Source: Pseudomonadota bacterium
GTDB taxonomy: Bacteria; Pseudomonadota; Gammaproteobacteria; Burkholderiales; JALYOK01
DNA: 34,801 nt
Direction: 5' to 3'
NCBI GenBank assembly: GCA_031371465.1
Contig: JANMJR010000185.1
Location: 1-34,801, forward strand
Shown here in pieces: positions 7,538 to 15,196 of the stretch. The position numbers were made by a program, and so were the translations under genes. The notes beneath the pieces were generated by a model, which saw only the letters and a list, made by a program, of their open reading frames with translations, searched no databases and was not told where the DNA came from. The stretch's first letter is position 1, and each line of letters starts with the position of its first letter.

Positions 7538-9250
7538 TTACGCCTCTTTCGCCTTCGCGGGATCAACCCAGCGCACCGCTGTTGGCTCGATGCGTTTGCT
7601 TTTCGCCCATTCCACCAACTCGCGCTTCAATACCTTACCGCTGGCCGTGAGCGGAAACGCGTCGAGTTGAATGTAGTATTCCGGCATGTCGAATTTGGAT
7701 AAGCCCGATTGATACAGATGATCGAGCAATGCATACGCATCGATTTTCACGCCGTCGCCAGCGATGATCGCTAAACAGACTTTTTCGCCGAGGCGCGCGT
7801 CGAAGACAGGGAACGCCGCAGCCTTTTGCACCGTGGGATGACGCTGGGCGAGGTCTTCGATGCGCGCCGGATAGATATTGTGGCCGCCGCGAATAATCAA
7901 ATCTTTCTTGCGGCCGATGAAATGCAAATTGCCGTTTACGTCGAGCCAGCCCAGATCGCCGCTCAGCAAATAGCCCTCGCAGTTGAACGAACTTTCCGTC
8001 GCGACTTGGTTGTCAAAATAACCCAACATTAGCATCGCGCCGCGACCGCCGATCTCACCTACTTCGCCGGGCTGGACTCCAAGATTCGGATTATCTTGGT
8101 TGAAGATTTTCACTTCGTAGACCCCGCAGGAACGTCCGCAGGTTTTGACAATGGTGTCGCGATCGTCACTCGGTAACGTGTACTGATGCGAGCCATTTTC
8201 CGTCATGCCGTAGACATTCTGTGGCAGCGTGCCTTGATCGAGAAACGTGCGCGCGGTTTCTTCTGGGATCGGTGCGCCGGCCATATAAAAAACTTTGACC
8301 TTGCCGAGCCGATCCATACCGCGTTGCTTCATCGCTGCTTGAATATCGATGGCGTGAGTCGGCACGCCCATCACATAGGTCGCACCGGTTACCAATATCC
8401 AATCGAGGGACTTGATGCCCGCCGGCGGATCATTCAACACCAATTCACAGCCGGCGACCAAGCTTTGCTCCAGTGCGACGGTGGCGATGTGATGGCTGGT
8501 GGGGCTTAAGCTGAGGATGATGGAGTCTGAATCGTGCCGCCAATCCTTGATCATCGCGCGGCCGTTGGCAAGCAATGTGTTGTCTGAATGCATCACGCCT
8601 TTCGGCTTGCCCGTGGTGCCCGAGGTGAAGGCGAGATAGACGATTTTGTCGGGATTGGCGTTGGGCTGCGCGCTAATGGCCCTAGGCCACCCCGGCTGGC
8701 CGCCGCCCTGGCCCGAGGCCACCTCGCCCGGGATAGGGAACCCTGCGCCCAGCCTGCCTCCCACGCCATTTGTGGTTGAAGACACTTGATAGATGCGCTT
8801 CATTGACGGTAAGGCGGCTGCCAACGAGAGTACATCGGCTTCTTGGTCATTCGCGCCGTAGCCCGCTTGCATCACCAACACGGACGACTGAACACCGCGT
8901 AGCAATTCAATGATTTCCGCGACGGTGTAATTCTGATGCAGCGATGAATTGCAGACGTAACCATTGCGCGAACAGGCGAGTAAGGTCACGAAGCATTCGA
9001 CGCGGCTCGGCAGCCAAATCGACACGCGGCCGCCCTGCGGAACGCCGGCTTGATCCAAGTCGTGGGCGACGGTGTCAACCCAATCGTTTAGTTCGCGCCA
9101 GGTTAGGCGATGATGGCTGTCGCGAAGCGCGAAACTTTCGGGGCGCTCAGCTGAATGTTTGGCCAGCAAGCTATAGAGCGTGTCGCCGCGCCATAGGCCT
9201 TGCTGGTAAAATTGGCGGGCCCGACTCGGGTCATTCAGGGTCAGCAGCAT
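7538..9250 (-). CDS. AMP-dependent acyl-CoA synthetase/ligase
   Basis: 570 aa. It has the A3 motif YLAFTSGTTGKPKGVMH, YGMTE, and LSGDLG...GRKKDLIIRGGHNI. A Gly/Pro-rich segment (GVGGRLGAGFPIPGEVASGQGGGQPGWPRAISAQ) precedes the A3 motif. Confidence 0.9.
   Translation of the reverse strand: MLLTLNDPSRARQFYQQGLWRGDTLYSLLAKHSAERPESFALRDSHHRLTWRELNDWVDTVAHDLDQAGVPQGGRVSIWLPSRVECFVTLLACSRNGYVCNSSLHQNYTVAEIIELLRGVQSSVLVMQAGYGANDQEADVLSLAAALPSMKRIYQVSSTTNGVGGRLGAGFPIPGEVASGQGGGQPGWPRAISAQPNANPDKIVYLAFTSGTTGKPKGVMHSDNTLLANGRAMIKDWRHDSDSIILSLSPTSHHIATVALEQSLVAGCELVLNDPPAGIKSLDWILVTGATYVMGVPTHAIDIQAAMKQRGMDRLGKVKVFYMAGAPIPEETARTFLDQGTLPQNVYGMTENGSHQYTLPSDDRDTIVKTCGRSCGVYEVKIFNQDNPNLGVQPGEVGEIGGRGAMLMLGYFDNQVATESSFNCEGYLLSGDLGWLDVNGNLHFIGRKKDLIIRGGHNIYPARIEDLAQRHPTVQKAAAFPVFDARLGEKVCLAIIAGDGVKIDAYALLDHLYQSGLSKFDMPEYYIQLDAFPLTASGKVLKRELVEWAKSKRIEPTAVRWVDPAKAKEA
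8680..8734. repeat. GC-rich hairpin repeat, copy A (inside the ligase CDS, in frame)
   Basis: Three blocks, cctaggcca (8680-8688), tggcccgaggcca (8708-8720) and cccgggata (8726-8734), recur in the same order on the opposite strand at 15066-15107. The sequence is built from TGGCC-NNN-GGCCA mini-hairpins. Confidence 0.55.
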
Positions 9251-10029
9251 CAGTGGCCGAATTTATCGGAATCCGGCTTACGCTTTTCGCGAAACGACGC
9301 GCTTAATTCCTGGGCCTCGTCGGTAGCCAAATACAGCGGTAGTAGCGCATCATGGGACAGTCGCGCTAAACCGGAGACGCCGCCATGGCGGGCATTGAAA
9401 GCCGCTTTGACCGAGGCCAACGCGAATGCGCCGCGCTCGGTGATTTCCAGCGCAAACTTTTTCGTCTCGGCCGCGAGTTGGTCGTCGGGGACGACCTTGT
9501 TAATCAGCCCCATCGCCAACGCCTCGGCGGCACTAAACTTGGGATTGCGGAACCACATTTCCTTAGCTTTTTTCTTACCGACCAGGTCTTCCAGATACCA
9601 GGTGCCGTAACCGGCGTCGAAGCTGCCCATCATCGGGCCCACTTGGCGGAATACCGCGCTCTGTTTGGCGATGGTGAGGTCACAGACCATTTGCAGCACG
9701 TTGCCGCCGCCGACGGCAAAGCCGTTCACCGAAGCGATCACTGGTTTTTGCAGCCGCTCGATGCTTTCGTAAATTTCCAAGGTCGGCAACACCCCCGGGT
9801 AAAGCAGCGTGTCTTCCAGGCCGGTTTTGCGCCCACCGATGCAGAAAAATTTATCGCCCGCGCCGGTGATGACCAGCACGCGCGTTCGCGTCTCGCGTCG
9901 AATGTCATTGATGCAATCGCGAATTTCATGGCACATGGTGACGTTAAACATATTGCCGTCGTCGGGGCGGTTCAACGTCAGTATGCCGATGGGGCCATCT
10001 TCAGCGTATTGGATCGTTTCGAGCGTCAT
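9250..10029 (-). CDS. MenB/BadI-clade crotonase (naphthoate synthase / 2-ketocyclohexanecarboxyl-CoA hydrolase-like)
   Basis: 259 aa. VGPMMGSFDAGYGTWYLEDLVGKKKAKEMWF and the C-terminal SFREKRKPDSDKF match the MenB/BadI signatures (GSFDGGxG...VGxKKAxExWF...FxxKRxPDFSKF). The stop overlaps the ligase start by 1 nt (TGATG at 9248-9252). Confidence 0.75.
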   Translation of the reverse strand: MTLETIQYAEDGPIGILTLNRPDDGNMFNVTMCHEIRDCINDIRRETRTRVLVITGAGDKFFCIGGRKTGLEDTLLYPGVLPTLEIYESIERLQKPVIASVNGFAVGGGNVLQMVCDLTIAKQSAVFRQVGPMMGSFDAGYGTWYLEDLVGKKKAKEMWFRNPKFSAAEALAMGLINKVVPDDQLAAETKKFALEITERGAFALASVKAAFNARHGGVSGLARLSHDALLPLYLATDEAQELSASFREKRKPDSDKFGH

Positions 10030-10033
10030 TGGC

Positions 10034-10049
10034 TGGCACGAATTCGGCT
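10034..10049 (+). promoter_or_regulatory. candidate sigma-54 (-24/-12) element facing the aldehyde dehydrogenase gene
   Basis: TGGCACGAATTCGGCT has GG and GC with the canonical 12-nt offset. The -24 half is perfect and the -12 half is weak (CGGCT versus TTGCW). It lies 255 nt upstream of ATG 10304 and abuts the minus-strand operon start. Confidence 0.3.
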
Positions 10050-10303
10050 AAAAAGCTATTGTCCCCAATCTCGCGGCAAAAAGATAGGCGTGCCGGCCGA
10101 TGCTACAACCTACTGAAAAATAATATTAAGTAACGTTGCCAATTGCCTTGGCAGGAAGAGTATATTTCCCCAAAGTTTCTTTGCGCGGCAACGAATATTG
10201 TCTATACCTTAAGTGCGTTCCTTCAACCGCGGGAATCGCAATCAGCTTTTTAACGGCGGAGTCTCGACCGCCCAATTCACTCTATAAAATCCAAAACTCA
10301 ACT

Positions 10304-11758
10304 ATGAGCTACGCCACGCAAAACCCGGTTAACGGGTCAGTCCTCAAGAGTTATCCCTCCTGGGATCGCGCTAGATTAACCGCCGTGCTGGACCGGGTCG
10401 GCCGCGCTCAAGCACTTTGGGCGGCAACCTCCTACGAAGAACGCGCGCAACTGTTGACCAAAGTCGGTACCCGTTTGCGTAGCAAGCGCGACGAATATGC
10501 CGCGCTGATCACTTTGGAAATGGGCAAACCGGCCCGCGAAGCGCGCGCCGAAGTGGAGAAGTCCGCCCTCACCTGCGATTATTACGCGGTGCACGCGGAA
10601 CCCTTTTTGGAAGAAGAGTTAATCAAAACCGATGCCGGTCGCAGCTACGTGACCTACCTGCCACTCGGCGTCGTGCTCGGCGTCATGCCGTGGAATTTCC
10701 CGTTCTGGCAAGTGTTTCGCTTCGCCGCGCCGGCGCTGATGGCGGGCAACGCCTGTCTGCTCAAACACGCCTCCAACGTGCCGCAATGCGCCGAAGCGAT
10801 CGAAACAGCGTTCCGCGACGCCGGTTTGCCGGATTATCTGTTCACCGCCCTGTTCGTCGATGCCGAACAGATTGGCGAGGTCATTGCCAACCCCAATGTG
10901 CAAGCAGTCACACTCACCGGATCCGAAGCCGCAGGCCGCAAGGTCGGTGCGCTCGCGGGACAGTACTTAAAGAAATGCGTACTCGAACTGGGTGGCTCCG
11001 ACCCGTTCATCGTTCTGCACGACGCGGAACTCGATCTCGCGGTGGAACAAGCGGTGGCCTCCCGTTACCTCAATTGCGGCCAGTCCTGCATCGCCGCCAA
11101 ACGTTTCATTGTGGCGCCGGAAATCGCCGATGAGTTTGTACGCCGCATGAAAGAACGTGCCAGCGAATTGAAGGTCGGCGACCCCAACCACGATGCCGTC
11201 AATCTCGGGCCGATGGCCAAACGGCAGCTGCGCGACGAATTGCACGAACAAGTGGGCGACGCCATTGCGCACGGCGCGACCGCCGTATTGGGTTGCGAAC
11301 CGGCGCCCGGCGCGGGTTCCTATTATCCGGCATCGATCCTCGATCATGTCACGCCCGCCATGCGCGTCTACCACGAAGAAGTATTCGGGCCGGTCGCGAC
11401 GATCTTCCGCGCCAAGGACGAAGCGGACGCCATCCGCATCGCTAACGACAGCGTGTACGGTCTGGCGTCGAGTATTTGGAGCAAAGATTACGACCGCGCA
11501 GAACACCTGTCGGAACAGATTCAGGCAGGGGCCAGCTTCGTCAACGGCATGGTGCGCTCCGACCCGCGTCTACCGTTCGGCGGCATCAAAGCCTCGGGTT
11601 TCGGCCGCGAACTTTCCTATCACGGTATCCGCGAATTCACCAACACCAAAACCGTTTGGGTGCGCGAATCGGATAATGCGGACGAACGCCGCCAACAGCA
11701 CGAGCGCCGCCAGAATGAGCGCCGCGGCTTGGAAAACGTCGTCGCGATGATCAAGTAA
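10304..11758 (+). CDS. NAD(P)-dependent aldehyde dehydrogenase (succinate-semialdehyde dehydrogenase-like) with a C-terminal charged extension
   Basis: The ORF track starts at TTG 10136. Homology begins at ATG 10304 ([17 protein letters not shown]...). It has the catalytic VLELGGSDP Glu, [10 protein letters not shown] Cys and EEVFGPV. About 30 extra residues follow KTVWV. Confidence 0.85.
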   Translation: MSYATQNPVNGSVLKSYPSWDRARLTAVLDRVGRAQALWAATSYEERAQLLTKVGTRLRSKRDEYAALITLEMGKPAREARAEVEKSALTCDYYAVHAEPFLEEELIKTDAGRSYVTYLPLGVVLGVMPWNFPFWQVFRFAAPALMAGNACLLKHASNVPQCAEAIETAFRDAGLPDYLFTALFVDAEQIGEVIANPNVQAVTLTGSEAAGRKVGALAGQYLKKCVLELGGSDPFIVLHDAELDLAVEQAVASRYLNCGQSCIAAKRFIVAPEIADEFVRRMKERASELKVGDPNHDAVNLGPMAKRQLRDELHEQVGDAIAHGATAVLGCEPAPGAGSYYPASILDHVTPAMRVYHEEVFGPVATIFRAKDEADAIRIANDSVYGLASSIWSKDYDRAEHLSEQIQAGASFVNGMVRSDPRLPFGGIKASGFGRELSYHGIREFTNTKTVWVRESDNADERRQQHERRQNERRGLENVVAMIK

Positions 11759-11767
11759 CATACGCTT

Positions 11768-11808
11768 GCATCGCCAAGAGCCAATATCCATGAGGCTCCT
11801 GGCGATGC
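11768..11808. terminator. bidirectional stem-loop between convergent genes
   Basis: GCATCGCCAaGAGCC-11 nt loop-GGCTCcTGGCGATGC forms 14 bp with one mismatch. It sits in the 90-bp gap between the ALDH stop and the ilvA stop. There is no clear U-tract on either side. Confidence 0.45.
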
Positions 11809-11848
11809 CTGCGTCAATCGTCGGACCCTGCCTGCTTTTTCGCGCACT

Positions 11849-13360
11849 TCAACTCAGAAATAATTGGTATGCCGGATTCCGGCTTTCATCCCAATTTTCA
11901 TACCCCAATTGACTTAAGAAACGCTGAAACGCCCGGTCTTGGCCGGGCGGGACTTGCATGCCGACCAGCACGCGGCCGTAGTCGGCGCCGTGGTTGCGAT
12001 AATGAAACAGGCTGATGTTCCAGTCATGGCCCATGGTGGAGAGGAACTTCATCAGCGCGCCGGGCCGCTCGGGAAACTCGAAACGGTACAACCGCTCGTG
12101 CTTGACGCCTGGCGCGCGGCCACCGACCAAATGGCGAACGTGCAGCTTGGCCATTTCGTTGTCGGTCAAATCCAAGGTTTGAATTTTGTTGCGCTTGAGC
12201 GTCGCGAGGATTTTTTCTTTCTCCGCTCGGCTGGCAACTTCCAGACCGGCGAAGACGTGGGCCTCCTTTGCGTCGGAATAACGGTAATTGAATTCCGTCA
12301 CGTTGCGGCTGCCGATCAACTCACAAAAACGCCTGAAGCTACCCGGCGTTTCCGGGATCGTCGCGGCGAATACGGCTTCGCGCTCCTCGCCGAGTTCGGC
12401 GCGTTCGGCGACGAAACGCAGACGGTCAAAGTTCATATTCGCCCCGCACAGCACCGTGCCCAGCGTCATGCCGCGGATGCCGGTGGTTTCGACGTAGCGT
12501 TTCGCGCCCGCCACGCCAAGCGCGCCGGACGGCTCGACAATGGAGCGCGTGTCTTGAAAAATATCCTTCATCGCCGCGCAAATCTCGTCTGTGTCGACCA
12601 GGATTACGTCGTCAACATACTGCTGCGCCAAACGAAAGGTTTCCTTGCCGACTTGCTTCACGGCGACACCATCGGCGAATAAACCCACGTGGGACAACGC
12701 GACGCGCTTACCGGCGCGTAGCGACTGCGCCATGGCATCGGAATCAACCGGCTGCACACCGATGATCTTGACCTCGGGCCGCAATCGTTTGACGTACGCG
12801 GCGATGCCTGCAATCAAACCACCGCCGCCGATCGCAATAAACAATGCATGGATCGGCTCGCGGCATTGGCGCAAAATTTCCATCGCGATGGTGCCCTGAC
12901 CTGCGATCACGTCCGGATCATCGTAGGGATGAATAAAGGTGAGATTGCGTTTTTTGCCGAGGATAACCGCGTGGCTATAGGCCTCGCTATAGGATTCGCC
13001 CTGCAAAATCACCTGGGCGCCGCGTCCGGTAACGGCGGCGATTTTAATCTGCGGCGTGGTGATGGGCATGACGATGGTCGCCGCGGCGCCTAAGCGCTGC
13101 GCCGCGAGCGCCACGCCCTGCGCATGATTGCCCGCAGAGGCAGCAATGACGCCGCGTTTCAGCTCCGGGGCCGGGAGCTTGGACATTTTGTTGTAGGCGC
13201 CGCGCAACTTAAAAGAGAACACCGGCTGCAAGTCTTCGCGCTTGAGCAGTAGCCTATTATTTAGGCGCCGCGATAAACTTGCAGCCAGATCGAGCGGACT
13301 CTCGATGGCTACGTCGTAAACGTTGGTGTTGAGAATTTTTTCTAGATAGTCGATTTTCAT
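11849..13360 (-). CDS. ilvA: threonine ammonia-lyase, biosynthetic
   Basis: 503 aa. LKREDLQPVFSFKLRGAYN contains the PLP lysine motif. The length includes the two C-terminal ACT-like regulatory repeats. Confidence 0.93.
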   Translation of the reverse strand: MKIDYLEKILNTNVYDVAIESPLDLAASLSRRLNNRLLLKREDLQPVFSFKLRGAYNKMSKLPAPELKRGVIAASAGNHAQGVALAAQRLGAAATIVMPITTPQIKIAAVTGRGAQVILQGESYSEAYSHAVILGKKRNLTFIHPYDDPDVIAGQGTIAMEILRQCREPIHALFIAIGGGGLIAGIAAYVKRLRPEVKIIGVQPVDSDAMAQSLRAGKRVALSHVGLFADGVAVKQVGKETFRLAQQYVDDVILVDTDEICAAMKDIFQDTRSIVEPSGALGVAGAKRYVETTGIRGMTLGTVLCGANMNFDRLRFVAERAELGEEREAVFAATIPETPGSFRRFCELIGSRNVTEFNYRYSDAKEAHVFAGLEVASRAEKEKILATLKRNKIQTLDLTDNEMAKLHVRHLVGGRAPGVKHERLYRFEFPERPGALMKFLSTMGHDWNISLFHYRNHGADYGRVLVGMQVPPGQDRAFQRFLSQLGYENWDESRNPAYQLFLS

Positions 13361-13574
13361 TTGCGCTACGGCTGGGAGGTTGGACTAAGAAACGCTTCCG
13401 GTTCAATTAACCGCCGCCCCTCATCCCCGCGCGCGACGGGCGCGCAACCCATTGAACGGGCGGTGTATCGTCAATATAGGAAGCTTATCAGAGTTCGTCC
13501 CAGCCTACGGCGATTGTATATTCCCGTGCTTGGCGTTATTCTCCTAGCTAGAAATCACTTTTTAGCTCGATAAA

Positions 13575-14234
13575 ATGGTGCAAGACGACCTAAAACAACA
13601 GGCGGCCAAGGCCGCGTTGGACTACGTGACCCATGGCGCTGTCGTCGGCGTGGGTACCGGCTCGACGGCGAATTTTTTCATCGCCGAATTGGCCACGATC
13701 AAACACAAAATCGACGGCGCCGTCGCGAGTTCGGAGAAAACCGCGGCCCTGCTCAAGCAAGCGGGCATCCATGTGTTCGATTTGAATAGCGTGCATGACA
13801 TGCCGATCTATGTGGATGGTGCGGACGAAATCACACAACACTTGCACATGATCAAAGGCGGGGGCGGTGCGTTGACGCGGGAGAAAATCGTCGCGGCGGT
13901 AGCAACGAAGTTTATTTGCATTGCCGACGAAACCAAACTGGTCGACGCACTGGGCAAATTTCCGCTGCCGGTCGAAGTCATTCCGATGGCGCGCAGCCAC
14001 GTGGGCCGCGAAATGGTGAAACTCGGCGGATCGCCCGCGCTGCGCGACGATTTCAAAACCGATAACGACAATTTGATTATCGATGTCTACGATTTGAACA
14101 TGAAAAATCCAGTCGAACTGGAATCGACCATCAATCAAATTCCCGGTGTCGTCACTTGCGGCATTTTCGCGCGGCGCGGGGCGGATGTGCTCCTGCTGGG
14201 CACACGTAATGGACTGAAGATATACAATAAATAG
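13575..14234 (+). CDS. rpiA: ribose-5-phosphate isomerase A
   Basis: 219 aa with [19 protein letters not shown] and [13 protein letters not shown]. Confidence 0.93.
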   Translation: MVQDDLKQQAAKAALDYVTHGAVVGVGTGSTANFFIAELATIKHKIDGAVASSEKTAALLKQAGIHVFDLNSVHDMPIYVDGADEITQHLHMIKGGGGALTREKIVAAVATKFICIADETKLVDALGKFPLPVEVIPMARSHVGREMVKLGGSPALRDDFKTDNDNLIIDVYDLNMKNPVELESTINQIPGVVTCGIFARRGADVLLLGTRNGLKIYNK

Positions 14235-14238
14235 CATT

Positions 14239-14272
14239 TCGTCATGATTCTGTCATGAACGTGGCGTAATTT
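14239..14272 (+). promoter_or_regulatory. Pho-box-like PhoB site plus a -10 element upstream of phoU
   Basis: TCGTCATGATTCTGTCAT (14239-14256) matches the E. coli Pho box CTGTCATAWAWCTGTCAY at 14/18 positions with the 7+4+7 direct-repeat architecture. TAATTT (14267-14272) follows 10 bp later, where a -10 is expected. GGAGA lies at 14286-14290, before the TTG start at 14298. Confidence 0.5.
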
Positions 14273-14297
14273 CGCGCGGTAATACGGAGAAACTGAC

Positions 14298-15005
14298 TTG
14301 ACTCAAGCCGAACACATTTCTAAACAGTTCGACGCCGATCTGGAACGGCTGCGCGCCAGCGTCTTGCAGATGGGCGGGCTGGTGGAGCAACAGATCGAGC
14401 ATGCGCTGCATGCCCTCACCACGGGCGACATGCGTCTGGCCGATCAAGTCGTTGAGAAAGACCATCACGTCAATGCGCTGGAAATTTCCATCGACGAAGA
14501 CTGCACCAATATCATCGCGCGCCGCCAACCTGCGGCGGGTGATTTGCGCATGGTGATGACCGTGGTGAAGCTCATCACCGACATCGAACGCATCGGCGAT
14601 GAGGCCGATAAAATGGCGCGCATGGCGAAATTGGTCCACACCACGGACCGCCTGCACGCGCCGCGCTTGGCCGACATCAACCACGTGGCGCACCTTGCCC
14701 TCGATATGCTGCGCAAAGCGCTGGACGCCTTCGCCCGCCTCGATACAAAAACGGCGATCGAAGTCATGCGCCAAGATGATCTGGTGGATGAAGCCTATCG
14801 CGCGATTCTGCGGCAATTGCTGACCTTCATGATGGAAGATCCACGCACCATTTCCGCGTCCCTGGATATTTTATTTATCGCCAAAGCGATCGAGCGCATT
14901 GGCGACCACGCGAAAAATATGGCGGAACACATCATTTACCTAGTCAAGGGTAAGGATGTTCGTCACGTCAGCTTGGAACAAATCGAGAAAGACGCGTTGT
15001 CGTAG
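14298..15005 (+). CDS. phoU: phosphate signalling complex protein PhoU
   Basis: 235 aa. ISKQFDADLERLRASVLQMGGLVE is present, along with two PhoU repeats carrying DIERIGDEA and AIERIGDHAKN. The start is TTG with a GGAGA ribosome-binding site 7 nt upstream. Confidence 0.9.
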   Translation: MTQAEHISKQFDADLERLRASVLQMGGLVEQQIEHALHALTTGDMRLADQVVEKDHHVNALEISIDEDCTNIIARRQPAAGDLRMVMTVVKLITDIERIGDEADKMARMAKLVHTTDRLHAPRLADINHVAHLALDMLRKALDAFARLDTKTAIEVMRQDDLVDEAYRAILRQLLTFMMEDPRTISASLDILFIAKAIERIGDHAKNMAEHIIYLVKGKDVRHVSLEQIEKDALS

Positions 15006-15065
15006 GCCGCTACCTGTAGAACCAATACCAAAGCGCCTCGCGCGCTATGCCATTTCAGGAGCCAG

Positions 15066-15107
15066 TATCCAGGGGCTGGCCTCGGGCCATGGGGCTTCTG
15101 GCCTAGG
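15066..15107. repeat. GC-rich hairpin repeat, copy B (phoU/ABC-F intergenic spacer)
   Basis: It contains tatccaggg (15066-15074), tggcctcgggcca (15077-15089) and tggcctagg (15099-15107). These are the reverse complement of the three blocks at 8680-8734, in the same order. Confidence 0.55.
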
Positions 15108-15196
15108 TCGCCGCGCAAAGTAATTGATTGGACGGACTGCGCATTTGCCGGATAATGGCGGCGAATCGCGTCTCGCTTCAGTGCTTTCCCTCATCC

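Noticed and set aside
9385-10116. Long antisense or alternative-frame ORFs across known genes (this 243-aa one, plus 1697-2263, 3977-4663, 11939-12682, 13590-14237, 14253-14816, 15602-16117, 22910-23545, 29953-30570 and others)
   Set aside because: Each lies entirely opposite or within a gene with strong family motifs. Their products are Arg/Ala/Gly-rich with no recognisable motifs. This is typical of shadow ORFs in moderately GC-rich DNA.
13429-13445. GCGCGC-gacgg-GCGCGC hairpin in the ilvA/rpiA divergent region, as a possible attenuator
   Set aside because: There is no leader peptide ORF rich in Ile/Val/Leu codons, no alternative pairing partners and no U-tract. It is most likely an incidental GC palindrome.
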